Shown piece by piece: positions 38,597 through 50,850 of a DNA stretch of 64,000 nucleotides. The position numbers were made by a program, and so were the translations under genes. The stretch covers positions 6,944,001 to 7,008,000 of the forward strand of contig JAQFVV010000008.1 of NCBI GenBank assembly GCA_028023455.1. Reading direction: 5' to 3'. The notes beneath the pieces are model-generated. The model searched no databases and was not told the origin of the DNA. It was given only the letters and a program-made list of their open reading frames with translations. The number at the start of each line of letters is the position of its first letter. The first letter of the stretch is position 1. Source of the DNA: Epiperipatus broadwayi (lineage: Eukaryota > Animalia > Onychophora).

Positions 38597-38745
38597 AACC
38601 AATAAACATCATATGATCACCATTTTGGGGGATATTGGATGAGTAGGCATTAGATGGGGATTTTATACACAAGCCTTCTGGCATCCATTGATTACTCTGT
38701 CTTGCACTGAGTAACAATACTGTATGGAGAGTTTTGCCTGTTTTA
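38597..38745 (+). mobile_element. ~150-bp fragment of the 25.0-25.85 kb hammerhead repeat family inserted into the Gypsy integrase
   Basis: GATATTGGATGAGTAGG...GCATCCATTGATTACT...TACTGTATGGAGAGTTTTGC matches 25702-25810; direct repeat ATGATAGATCTTA at 38584 and 38746. Confidence 0.75.
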
Positions 38746-41367
38746 ATGATAGATCTTACTGAATTAATGTAACATGTTTACTGATTTGGCTTTTAGGCAT
38801 ATTTGACAATTTTGTATTTCTTTTAGGATGTCTTTGTACATCCTTGACCAGTAAAACCAATTTTTTAATGTTTGTTCAGTTTTGTGGGTTCTGTAGTGGC
38901 CATATAAACAATGTACTTATTGTATGAGTGGGTTTTTTAATATTTCAGGTATTACTACCCTCCACTTATCTATATCATTGTTTATTTTACATGTCAAGAC
39001 CTGATTATCTAACATATTGATTGAGATTTTTGTCTGTGTGCAGAATTTCCTCTCCACTTAAGGTTTTAATGATTAGGGTTAAATCTTTGTTTTGAGATTG
39101 TATATTATGGTTGTTTATTAAATTATTTTCTATATTTTCATTGAATATTAGATTAATGTTCATAATGTAGGCATTAACTACCAATAAGTGTTATTCTGAT
39201 CTGCATGGTTTCAACTTAGTGCACCAGCTACAATTTTTTCAGATCCTTTACAGTATTTGACTGTATAGTTGAATTCTTGTAACAACAGACTCCATCTAAC
39301 AAGGCAACTATTAGGTAGCTGTGGTTTAAGAATTCAAGGTTTTTATGATCAATGATCACTATAACCTCTGATCTGAGAAGCATTTGTTGAAATTTCTGGA
39401 AAGCTCACACTATTACTAGTTCTTCTTTCTTAGTGACTATATAATTTATTTTTGGACCCTTTAAGAGATGGCTGATAAAATAGAAGACTCCTGGTTATCC
39501 ATCCTTCTGGATTTGGGATAAAGTTATCCTTAGTCTGTAACCATTGCTATCTGTTTGTATGATAAATTGTTTGCTAAAATCAGGAAAAGTTAACATAGTT
39601 TGCTCTAGAAATCCTGTTTTAATTCTAGCAAATACCTTCCTTGTTGTGCTCTTCAGTCCAGTTCTATTTCTCATCTTATGAGTTTGAGTAATGGTTCCAT
39701 GTAATCAGAAAACTTTTGGTAGAAATGAGATAGAAATTGCATAATCCTAAAAATGATCTGATCTGCTTTTTATTTGTAGATTTTGGGAAATTCTATATAT
39801 CACTAATCTTATCAAGATGAGGTTTTATCCCATTACAAGCAATGATATGACCTAAGAAAATTACTTCTTTACATACTAATGTGCTTTTCTTAAAATTGAT
39901 TTTTATCCTCTTATCATAGCACTCTTTAAAAAAAATTTCAAATGTTGAAAATGTTCTTCAATTGTAGAGGATGCAATTATAACATCATCTATATATATAT
40001 AGTTATCTGTTTGCTTTTAAGAGAGTGGATTTTATCCAAACATCTTATTAAACCAGCACCACTATTAATCAATCCAAATGGCATCCTATTAAATCTATAA
40101 GTAAACCCTTCATATCACAATGCAATGTATTGGTGATCTTCTGGGTGAAGCTCTATCTGCCAATAACTGGAGGTTAAATCAAAAATGGGGAATATTTTCT
40201 TATTTCCAAATTTCATGAATAATTTGTGTATGGGTGGTGGTATGCTCCCAGGAATTGTCATTTCATTTAGTTATCTTGCATCTAAACAAAATCTCATTGT
40301 CCCATCTTTCTTCTTCTGCATTACTACAGAGTTGCAATATGGTAAAGAACATTTGGAAATTACCCCCTATCAATCATTTTTTTGATTTGTTTGGATATTT
40401 CTTCTTGATATTGGTATGGTATAGGGTAGGATTAAGATTGGAATGGTTAGTCATGAAATAATTTGATTCTTTGTTGGAATCCTCCTATTACTCCTGGTAT
40501 TTGAGAAAGTATTATTCTGCATTCATCAATAATCAATCACAACTTATCATTGCTTTCAATTAAATTCTGCAATTTTTTCTTTGTACAAGTGCCTCTGGGA
40601 TACTTGATAATATGCAGTCAGTTTCAGGTAGGTCATATTTTGGTAGTAATGCCATTTCTAAAACTTCATTACCTATCCTAACTAATTTATTTAGGAAATC
40701 AATTTTGCATTACTTCGTATGTAGGAAGTCTGCCCCTAAAATGACTTAATATATAAGTCCATTTAATATAAGAAAAATATGATAGATAATTGTTTGGCCA
40801 ATCTTTAATTCAATCCAGATTTGTTTTCATGCTAATTTAGCTTTTCTATTGTTAGCCATGATAACCTGTATTGATCTAAGTGGTAAAATCTTAATATTAT
40901 TTTATTTAAAATCCTATCATAATTTTTTTAGATATTATTGATATTTGGCTATCAGAATCTAACAAAGCCTTCACTAGAAAATTCTTAAACAAAATATCTA
41001 TCATGGAACAGCTTTGTAAAACATAGTTTGGTGCTTTATCTTTCCATGAACACATTAAATTAGTGATTTCCCTATTTAGTGTTTCATTTTTGTTCCTCTT
41101 CTTTAATATAGTTCCTTGAGATGAGGAATTGTCTGTCAAGCACCATTTTAGTTTGTTTTAGGATTGGTTTTCAGATTTACTCTATCCTAGATTTTGATGG
41201 TTTTTGTGAGTTACTGGTGGGGTCAACTATGGAATTTATATTATGTTGATATTTGTTGTTTTTTCTCTCATTGTTATTATTAACAAGTTGATTTGACTTG
41301 CCTTTCCAATGATATGGTTCAGTGTCGTTTTTTCTCCTATTGCAATTTAAAGCATTGACTTGTATTT

Positions 41368-43018
41368 CTTAATATAATAATCAATCTAAATAAAATTGAA
41401 ACAAACAACTAATTATATTTTACAATTATTTAATTTTCAACCTGGATTTCATCTCTTATTGAGATCTTTTCAAGATATAAAGCTTTGTAAATCACATGCT
41501 TTATTAAATACATTTATTCCACCTATTAGACATTATTTTACCTTCACCAATATAATTAACATTACACATATAAATATATAAACAAATGACATAAAATAAA
41601 AATAAAATTACATTAAAAAAATAATAATGATAATAATAATAACTTAAAACTATATAAATACCTATATAAATAAATATTCAACTTCCCCTTCCCTTTTATA
41701 AACCCTCATTCACAATTCAACTCTAGCTTTTTACTATAATTTTTAAATCTGCCAATTATCTAATAATGCCCATTTTCCATTTAATCTTGCTGGATTTTAA
41801 CTATATTTACACATCTATCCAAATTTTTCTGAATATATAAAGTTTCATAACATATCATTTTCTGATAATTTTTCACATCTTTTATAACTCTAAAATTCTT
41901 CTCACACTCCATTTTAAGACCAGTATCTAAATAATATATCTATGGACCTGACCTAATATCTTTTTCATTAATCGCTCTATCATGCTCCTTCCCTCTATTA
42001 CTTATCATTCATCCTGTTTGTCCTATATATACCTTATTTCAACTCCCACATTCAATTTTATAAACCATTCCTCCCTTACTATTCATACCATCTATCTTAT
42101 TTGTATTACATAACCATCTACCCAAAGACTTATATTTTCCCAAGCTATTCATATATCATCTGGTAACTTCTCTCTTACTAACTTTTTATACACATCCCTT
42201 GAATACAGGATAAATATCCACTTACAATGTTTATATTTATTCTTATCATACTTATTTCTACTATTTATATTTTGATTTCTAAAAATTGTTTTAATTATTT
42301 TTCTTTTATATCCTATTTTAACATAATCATTCTCTACTTCTAATTTTTGCTCATAAGCCTCTTTCTTATCTAATGTAAGTTTATCATTCTTTAACTTAAA
42401 TCCTTTTAAAACCCCTAACTTTTGACACCATAGCTGATATGATTTTGGATCAATTAAAACTCTAATTTTTCTATCTTTAATATAATACTTTAACATTATT
42501 TCATTCATCATTCCTCTCTTCACAAAAATATCTAACTATTTTAATCCATTTATCTCTTTCTCCACAGTAAACCTAATTTTATATTTATTATTATTCAATT
42601 CATTAAAAATCTTGTCAATACTTCTACCATTTCCAATAACAATAATATCATCTACATACCTATAGTATTCTATAATTCCTTTATTCTTTATAAATTCATC
42701 TACTACATCCTCCTCTATACTACGTACAACTACTGATGATAATATCCCACTTATTGAACATCCCATTTCTACACTCCAAAATTATTTATTATATTTAAAA
42801 TACAAAGCCTCATCTATCATTAGTAATGTTTCATAAATAATATATATCCAATCCTCTGCAAAGCATTACATATTTTCAATTTAGTCATAATGATTTCTAT
42901 ACTATTTTATATCTTGAAAAGATCTCAATAAGAGATGAAAGCTGGGTTGATAATTAAATAACTGTAAATATAATTATTTGTTTGTTTCAATTTTATTTAG
43001 ATTGACTATTATATTAAG
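41368..43018 (-). mobile_element. 5'-truncated Penelope-like element nested in Gypsy gag, with inverted pLTR ends
   Basis: RT MGCSISGILS...YYRYVDDII...IRFTVEKE; thumb region 42149-42523; GIY-YIG GMVYKIECGS*NKVYIGQTG*MISNRGKEH (~41980-42075); 41368-41481 is the reverse complement of 42906-43018. Confidence 0.9.
42910..42952 (+). ncRNA. Candidate variant hammerhead (U3/A8 core) in the Penelope pLTR; second copy at 41435-41477 on minus
   Basis: TATC TTGAAAA g-ATCTC-aataa-GAGAT GAAA gctgg GTT GATA: stems I and II close, C3/G8 replaced by U/A, C11.1 absent. Confidence 0.4.
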
Positions 43019-45229
43019 TATATATCAATAACAACATTTTGGAGAAATAATTATTTTTATATTGGATATTTGATCATTGTATATACTTGTATTTCTTCTT
43101 GCCTCTTCTTTCCTTTTTTCAGAAATTTTATTGATTATATTATGATTGTTTAAATCGATATTATTTAATAAGTCTGCCACTTGTTCGATTCTTTGTGCAT
43201 TTATACAGAGTAGAGATTGCTCTATCTTGAGTGGAAGGTTATGTTTTACTATCATTATTTGTTTTTCACTCAGGTGATATGTATTTAATGTTTTTCATTT
43301 GCTACCTGTCATTTAAAAACTTTGTCAAGGTTTCTCCAGAGGTGTTTCTGTACTTTTTCTGTAGTAATTGGTATAATAATGCTCCTTGTCGATCCTTGTT
43401 TCAAAACATTTTTATTGATAAGGCCTGATGATCATCATAGGGGAATGGTATTTGAAACAAAGATTCCCACCAGGACAGCGCATCACCTTGCAATGACTAT
43501 AGGATATGGTTAATTTCTCCCTCTCTGATAAATTATTATTAATTGAAAAATATAAATTGAGACTCTTTACATATTCAATTAGAGTCTCATTCATAGATCC
43601 CTTAAAGATTTTGAGTTTTATGAAATTATCAATGGAATTCACTTGTGTATTATTGTTTTTGACAATGATTTCACTTGAAGTATTTATGGGTGTTTTTGGC
43701 CTTGTTTCCATTGAAAATTGTTTTTTTTATCCTATATATTTGGGGCACATCCCCTATTTCTTTGTAGACCTCATATGAATCATTCATTTTATTCTGTTTG
43801 TTATCCATATTGTTAATTTTCTTTAAAGTAAGATCTAGCTTTTCTGTATTTAGATTATGTCCATTTTCAGATAGTTTAATATTTCACATATCTTGGACAA
43901 GTTTCTCTTTTAAAGTTTGTTTTTTGTAGGAAAATTCAGATTCTAGGTTTTCAAATTTTTAACTCATTGAGCTGTACATATTCTCTACTTGAGTTTGTAG
44001 ATCATTTTGATTCTTGATTAGTTTTTCAAGAGTGTCCTTATGTTGTGTCAGTTCAACTTCAATAAAATTTTGTGTGGTTGCTATACCACTGTTATCATTT
44101 TCTATAGATCTAGCTTCTTATAATTCTCTAGCCTATTATTTTGCTCTTTCAGTGAATGATTTACTTCTAAATGCATTTTCTCCATTCTTTTATTCAGTTT
44201 TAATTGATATTGTTCCTCGTTTTTTACCATTGCAAATTTCAAATTATAATAGGTCTGTCATCTCAATGAATTTATCATCAGTTCTGTTTTCTCTTTGTTT
44301 TCTGAATTCAATGAATCTAATTTGACATTTGGGATCTTTCATCAATATCCTTTTTCATTTCTTTCTTTAATTCAGTATTTTTTTTATTGATATTGAATAT
44401 ATCTAATTTTAATTCGTTTTTTAATTCAGCATTTAATTCTTCTATTTTGTTGTATAGATCTTCTTTTAGATCAGCACTCTGATTTTCTTCTTTACTAGAT
44501 AAATCAGCACTCTATTTTTCTATTTTATTAAACATTTGTTGCATCATTACCATCATCTGGTTGAGAATAGGATCATTTGAGGCTGTTCCTTCCTTTGTAT
44601 TTCTACATTTATTGGTGTTTCTTGAGGTTGGATTATTTCTGAGATAGTCCCCCCAGATATTTCAACATTCTGTTCTACTATATTTTCAAAAGTAGAAGTT
44701 TCTAAACTATCCCCAATAGGATTTTGTGTCTGTTCAACCTGGATTTTTTCCCTTTCAATTTCCTTTCTAACTTCTTTATTAGTTTCTGATTCCATTGTTT
44801 TGATTTTACTTCTAGTTATCATTTAATATATATATTATATTTTATTATATTTGTTTCTTAAAATAGCTTTATGCAATTTTATCTCATACTAATTCTTTTT
44901 ATACATGTCAATTAATTTGATAGATATCGTAGATACTTTCCTTCTGCCATACATTTAATATGAGTTACGATTTAATTTTTATTTAGTTATCATTTCATTT
45001 ATTTATTATTAATTTTTTTATGTACTACTTTATATCTCATTTTATGTTTTGCTTATTTGGATGACTACACAATTATTTTATGTTTCAAAGAATTTTATTA
45101 AACAAATGTTACATAGATTTACAACAAAAGATTGCATTCTGTTACATAGGCAATCATATGAACTTTGGAACAAGTTCTAAATTTTAAATTCAATTGTATT
45201 TTACAGTTTATATAATCTTTGTTTGATGG

Positions 45230-46650
45230 TGATTCTGTTATAGGTTTGATGGTTGTCTTATGAGTGACCATGTTGCTGCTGCAATATCTGGAGGGCTAAT
45301 CTTGGAAGCCCATTCTTTTATTTGTTGAAGTTTTTTTGTAAATGTTGCTGGATGTCTTCTTGTATTGTTACCAAATATAAATGAGCATCTCGTGCACCAG
45401 TATGCATATAGTAGAAAAGTTATTGTTCATATTGTTGGGGTAGAGTTTTTTTTAAAGGATTGTAATATGTTTATTATTGATATATTTTTCCTTTGGTAGA
45501 TTTGTATTAATAGTTTACATATATTAGATAAACTTGTGCATGAGTAGAATATATGCTGTTGCATTTCTTCTGCTGTGTGGCATAGATTGCAAAAAGGATC
45601 AATATTTTTATATAGACATTTGTATCGAAGGAAATATGATATTGCTAATGTATAAGGTTTATTTTTAATATAAAATCAAAATATTTTGGTTCTAATGACC
45701 ATTTTTAAAATTTTTTTAGTAATTGATAATTGCTAATTCCAAGCATTGTTGTTTGTGTGTCTTGAGGATTTTCTGGGTATAATAGTTTGTAAATTTGCCA
45801 GTATGAATATTTGTATGTTGATTCAATGTTAATTTGAGTAGATATTGTTGTGACACTTTGTATTAGTGAAGGTAAATACTGTGAATTTGGAGGTGAAATA
45901 TCCGTTGGTGTGATTGTGAGCAAACATTTTAGTTTAGGGAATTGTCTTATTGTTGATGCTAATATGTTGATTGATTTTCATATATGGAATGTGTAGATAG
46001 TGTGCAGTCCTAATACATTGTTTTCTGTAGATTTGCTGAGATTTAGCTGATATTGCAACTGCTTTGCATCCCCTTAATAGTTTAGTGTATAGTGATGATA
46101 TTTTTGATGTGAAATGTTTAGAGAATTTTATTATTGGAGAAAAATGTTATTTTTGTTGTAATTAACATGTTGAATTTTGAATATATGGATAGGTATGCTT
46201 TTGATAGAGAGTTTGATACTTTGTTTATGGATTCAAGTAACTTGTTTTGTTGTGTCATACCATTTGTTCCCAAGTAGAATGGAAATCCCAGAAAAGGAGT
46301 TGGTTTGCCTTGAAAGTATTTTGTATATGTTTTGGTTGTATATGTAAACCAAGATGCTGTTTTATTAGGATTGAATTTTAGTTTGAATTCAGATAAGTAT
46401 TGGTCTAATATTTTCTGTAGTATTGGAAATTCTTTATGTGATTTTAAAAAAATTATGATATCACCCATGTATGCTAAACATGGGATATTTTGTTGTGTGT
46501 GTGGAATTTGTATTCCAGGTATGTTTTGTTGTATTTTTCTTATTACTGGATCTATGTAGAATGTGAAGAGGAGTGAACTTAGTGATGATCCTTGTGAACT
46601 AGATTGTGTTGGAGTGGCTGACTTATCCTATCTATGCAATAGTATGAAAT
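45230..46650 (-). mobile_element. Decayed non-LTR retrotransposon RT fragment (L1/Tx1-like)
   Basis: SQGSSLSSLLFTFYIDP, AYMGDIIIF, FKLKFNPNKT, PFLGFPF. Confidence 0.75.
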
Positions 46651-47750
46651 TTTCTTGATAGATATCCTAGTCCTGATTTTCTATAACACCTTCCATCATT
46701 ACTCATTAAGTCAGAAAAAACACAATAATTTTATGTATCCGATAATCAAATCTCTTCCTCTAAATATTCCATAACATAGAGACAATATCAAATTCTAAAA
46801 TAAAGAAGATTAATGTTTTATTAATATATATCAAATAAAATATAATTCCATAACCAGAAAATTAAAGATGCAGTTCAATTGTCTACAAAACATCAATTCT
46901 AACCTTCATATTTGAATATAAAAGAAAATCATATTAAGATGAATTAAACTTCCTCTACCTTACTATAATAATTTTGTATTTAATATTTATATGCATTTTG
47001 TTATCAAGAATCAGCCTAATTTATACAATATATGAAAGTATTTCTTAATCCTTTATAATATTATCATCTCTGAATATTTTATCTGGTTATGAACATGCAC
47101 AATATCACATGACTTATTAACCAATTTATATAAGTTCAAATAAAAGTTTGATCTCTAGAAAGGGACTCAAATTAAACATCTACTACAGACAAAGTTGTGA
47201 ACCATGCATATAAATGTTGTAAAATATTATACGTGTTATGTAGAACAATATATTAAATTTTATCATTAATAATAATAATAATATAATTTATCATTCATTA
47301 ATTTATTCATAAAGTGATAAAGATATGTGTGAGATAATATATTCACATAAACTCTCAATGTCAAAATAATATAGGCAGGCAGATGCAATTTAGACTCTTA
47401 TACATATATCTCTTAATAACTTTGTCCACTTATCCATGTGTGTGCATAAATAATTAAATCTGGAAAATAGTCATTATCAGTGCAAAATACATGCTGAATA
47501 AATTAACATACACCAGGTTTCTGTAATGTATTGAATATTTTAATAAGATAAGGCACTCTGCAGGAATACTATATCTACAAAATAATCTCAACATACTAAT
47601 GTATAACATAATAACTTAACAGAATCTTTATTTTAAATTTTTAATAACTTAATACCTTTATGCATAGCATTAATATTGATACTATATGAAATAATAATAT
47701 GTGTAAATTTCTGTTTCAGCTTCTATATAATTTATGGTGCTTGTCTTATA

Positions 47751-48782
47751 GCTAAAGATGCCATTGGATGGCGCCGTTTTTCGACTTTTTTAAATATTAT
47801 TTTTTATTAACGTATACAATTTAAATGATAATAATAAATGTAAAATAAAATCAACAAATTACAATTTGATTCGTGTTTTTTATATCGTATACTTTTTAAA
47901 TTGTGTTACGGCTTTTTTTTATCAATTTTCTATCAGATATTTTTTTTACTTGTGTTACGGCTTTTTTTTTATCAATTTTCTATCGGATATTTTTTTACTT
48001 GTGTTATGACTTTTTTTGTTGTTGTTTAACTAAAAAATAATAATCGTAATAAAAGTAAAAGTTGTTACGGTTAGATTTAGGGTTAGTTTTAGGGTTAGTG
48101 TTCTGTTTGTTTGTAATGCTAAAATAAAAAAATTCAAAATCGTAACCGTACTCGGGCAAAAGAAAGAAACTCAAACTTTTTAACAACAGCAAACACATAC
48201 AAATGTCTTCTTTACTTATTAAACATGTTTATAATATTTGCTTTTTATTAAATTTACAAAAAAACCTGTATATTTGGACTTTTCTTACTGGATATTTTTT
48301 TCGTACCGCTCTTTTTTAATTCAAAAATATACAGACGGTAGAATCTTCTTTGTCTCGTGGAATGTTACTAACAGTACATTACTTGACACGTTACCTAATT
48401 GCAACTCAATAAAAACATAGATATTTAACATTATCCCAAATAAAAGTTCAATACAGTAAGTTGTAAAAAGTCTTATAATTATTGCTTTAAAAAATCTGAA
48501 CATTTCAATAGTTTAAAATAAAAAAAAATCCAATGAAAACAACATTTCAATACAATTCAAATACAAACTCTCTCATCAAGCTGTAATTATTTTATAAATT
48601 GTGCGAATTCAGAAAATGTATTTGCTGCTATGCGACATACATGCTGTACTGTGATGCCTGCATTCTGTAGCACAACAAAAAAGTTATATTATAGAAAACG
48701 CAGGTTCGAACGTGTCGGCCGCGGAAACAGCATTTTTATGTGTTTTGCCGAGAAAACTGCGCCATAGAGTGACATCTTTAGC
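47751..48782. mobile_element. Young non-autonomous TIR element (1032 bp), TA target duplication, superfamily unassigned
   Basis: TIRs GCTAAAGATGCCATTGGATGGCGCCGTTTT vs reverse complement GCTAAAGATGTCACTCTATGGCGCAGTTTT; TA on both sides; CpG-rich; internal ~50-bp tandem subrepeats and TTAGGGTTAG motifs. Confidence 0.85.
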
Positions 48783-49114
48783 TAAAAGATGAGTACCTAA
48801 TCTAATGACAAATAACTTCTCATATTCAAATGACAGATTTTTTAATAAAATTTGATAAAAGTTATTAAAGCATTTGATCATTTAAATATAAGGTTGAATT
48901 TAAAATAATTATCAAGCTTAAATCATTCCTGCTGGCATTGATTTTAACTCTTCATTACACATTCAGTCATTTATTTTATTAAAAATTTATATAAAATTAT
49001 TGCATCGTAAAATAAAATAATTTAAACTTTATGGTTCAAATTCCTAACTATTTAATTATAACATGTATTATGTAATTTCCTATTAAGTAGTTTAACCATC
49101 AATTAATATATTGT

Positions 49115-50850
49115 AATGGAATTACCAAAAGTGAAACTGCTGGTCATTTCTTTATTATTAAGAATATTCCTCTAGGAAAATGATTATCTGTTTATCAATG
49201 ACCAGTGGGTGATTGTGTATGAAATGGAATGACTATAACCTGAAATTTTGTTCTAACTGATTATAGCCACGGATAATGATCAAATTGAAGTTTTCATCAA
49301 GTATAAGGCTTCTTGCAGATTGAGTCGTATTTCCTGATCATCATCCAACCACATATATTATTTTAGATATGTAAATGAAATACTTGTCTGTCAAATAAGA
49401 AAGTTTATGATAAACAATACCTTTAAATGATAACAATTAATTTATTTACAACAATAACAATAAAATAAATACCACATAGAATCTTATTAATATTGGACAT
49501 TAAGTAATTTAATGGTTTATAAATGTATTGCCAAATTTAATGTTATTTTATAATTTTTGCTTTTATTGTAAACATAGTTGAATAAACCTGTTTTTGATAA
49601 AAAAAAAAACATTAACAATAAAATATAAATTTAACATCTTTACATTTACATATTTATCTAATCAATAAATGAAATATATAATGCAAAAAAGAAAAACTAT
49701 TTAAAATGAATCTGAGAAATTACTATTACAAATTTTTATATTTAAAATGAATGTTTTAAATACTTTTATGTCATAACTTTCTTATTATTATTATGATAAT
49801 ATATTATTTTTTTAATGCAAGAGGAAAATGATAATATTTATTATAAAATCATTTAACATAATCTTACCAAATTTTTCATTAGTTTTATTTGTCCGTCAAG
49901 CTCAATATATATGCAATGGTTTGTGTGTGTGTGTGTGTGTTTAAAATATTAACTATTTATTTAATATCAAGACCTGTAGTTATTACTTACATAGTATTAT
50001 GGTTTCACATATAAATATGTAAATTATAAAATTTGAAGATTTTCCAAACCATAATAAATTTCTTTTAGTCATATTTTGTACTGACAAAAACCAAATAAAT
50101 ATTTTATATGTGCATTAAGGTCTCCAGTCATCATTCATATATTTCAATGGTTTCACATATTCATAATAGAAGTTAGCAGATTATTCTAACACAATTTCCT
50201 TTATTTGTGCTCAGTGAATGTTCAGTATGTGTGCAAATTCTTCCTTGATATATTCCTCATGCAATTCATTGTTTATTTATTCTTTGCTTTATACAGTTAT
50301 TCATTTTTTGTTGCAGCATCACAAATAAATCTGACAATGGTAGAGATAACTAGGCATTTAGTTTCCATATTCATGATTCATAAAGGCTACATTTTTCAGA
50401 AAGATTGAATAATCATTCCAACTGGATTTTTATCCCATCATGATAAATAAATTTGAATAGGATAGACTGTAAATCATTTTTACAACTGCTAATTTGTGAG
50501 CTGTATAAAATTGGTAAAAAAGAAACAGTTATGACTGATATTTCTTTTTCTTATTGTCTATCAATAAATTTAAATCCCCATAGCAACAATAGAATATTCT
50601 TCCATTGTCTGAAAATTAATCTGGTTTGCTTTATTATTTTTTCTTTTCATTAATATTTATATTATTGTAAACAATTATTTTTATTTTCAAATCAAATTTT
50701 AAAAGTAAAAAAGAAACAAAACTTTTCATTTCTTACAAATTTATTTTTCTTTTTAACACATGTGATTTTTTTTTTCAAAATGAAAAATTAAACATATAAT
50801 CCTTTTTATTTATTTCCTGAAGTTATAAATGTGACCTACAACAGAGATGT
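49115..50850. repeat. Old ~1.7-kb dispersed duplicate; second copy at 57030-57930 plus 59490-60190
   Basis: Collinear similarity (e.g. TTTATTATTAAGAATATT, CCTGATCATCATCCA, GCAGCATCACAAAT, CCCATAGCAACAA), roughly 75-80% by eye. Confidence 0.8.

Larger units (their letters stand above)
36595..44830 (-). mobile_element. Decayed near-full-length Ty3/Gypsy element (gag-PR-RT-RH-IN-PPT-3' LTR) with two nested insertions
   Basis: gag MITRSK..., KLKIFKG..., LQGDALSWWESL (43025-44822); protease KALLDSDSQISII (~40980); RT YIDDVII (~39990); integrase GHYRTHKT...CQIC, LAIDFYG (38400-38920); FKVGD/YDGSF (37798-38133); PPT GTGGGTGAGGGGAA then TGTAAAG (37236); LTR ends GTTACA (36595). 5' LTR not found. Confidence 0.85.

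Noticed and set aside
43391-43466. Imperfect palindrome with CTGATGA and GAAAC, hammerhead-like
   Set aside because: Falls in the Gypsy gag reading frame (LQGDALSWWESLFQIPFPYDDHQ); stems I and II do not close.
44014-44325. Hydrophobic ORFs (also 56155-56520, 43506-43778) resembling membrane proteins
   Set aside because: Antisense to K/E/N-rich retroelement coding strands, which gives F/L/S-rich shadows.
47895-48010. Short direct repeats, CRISPR-like
   Set aside because: Contiguous tandem units with no unique spacers, eukaryotic context, no cas genes.
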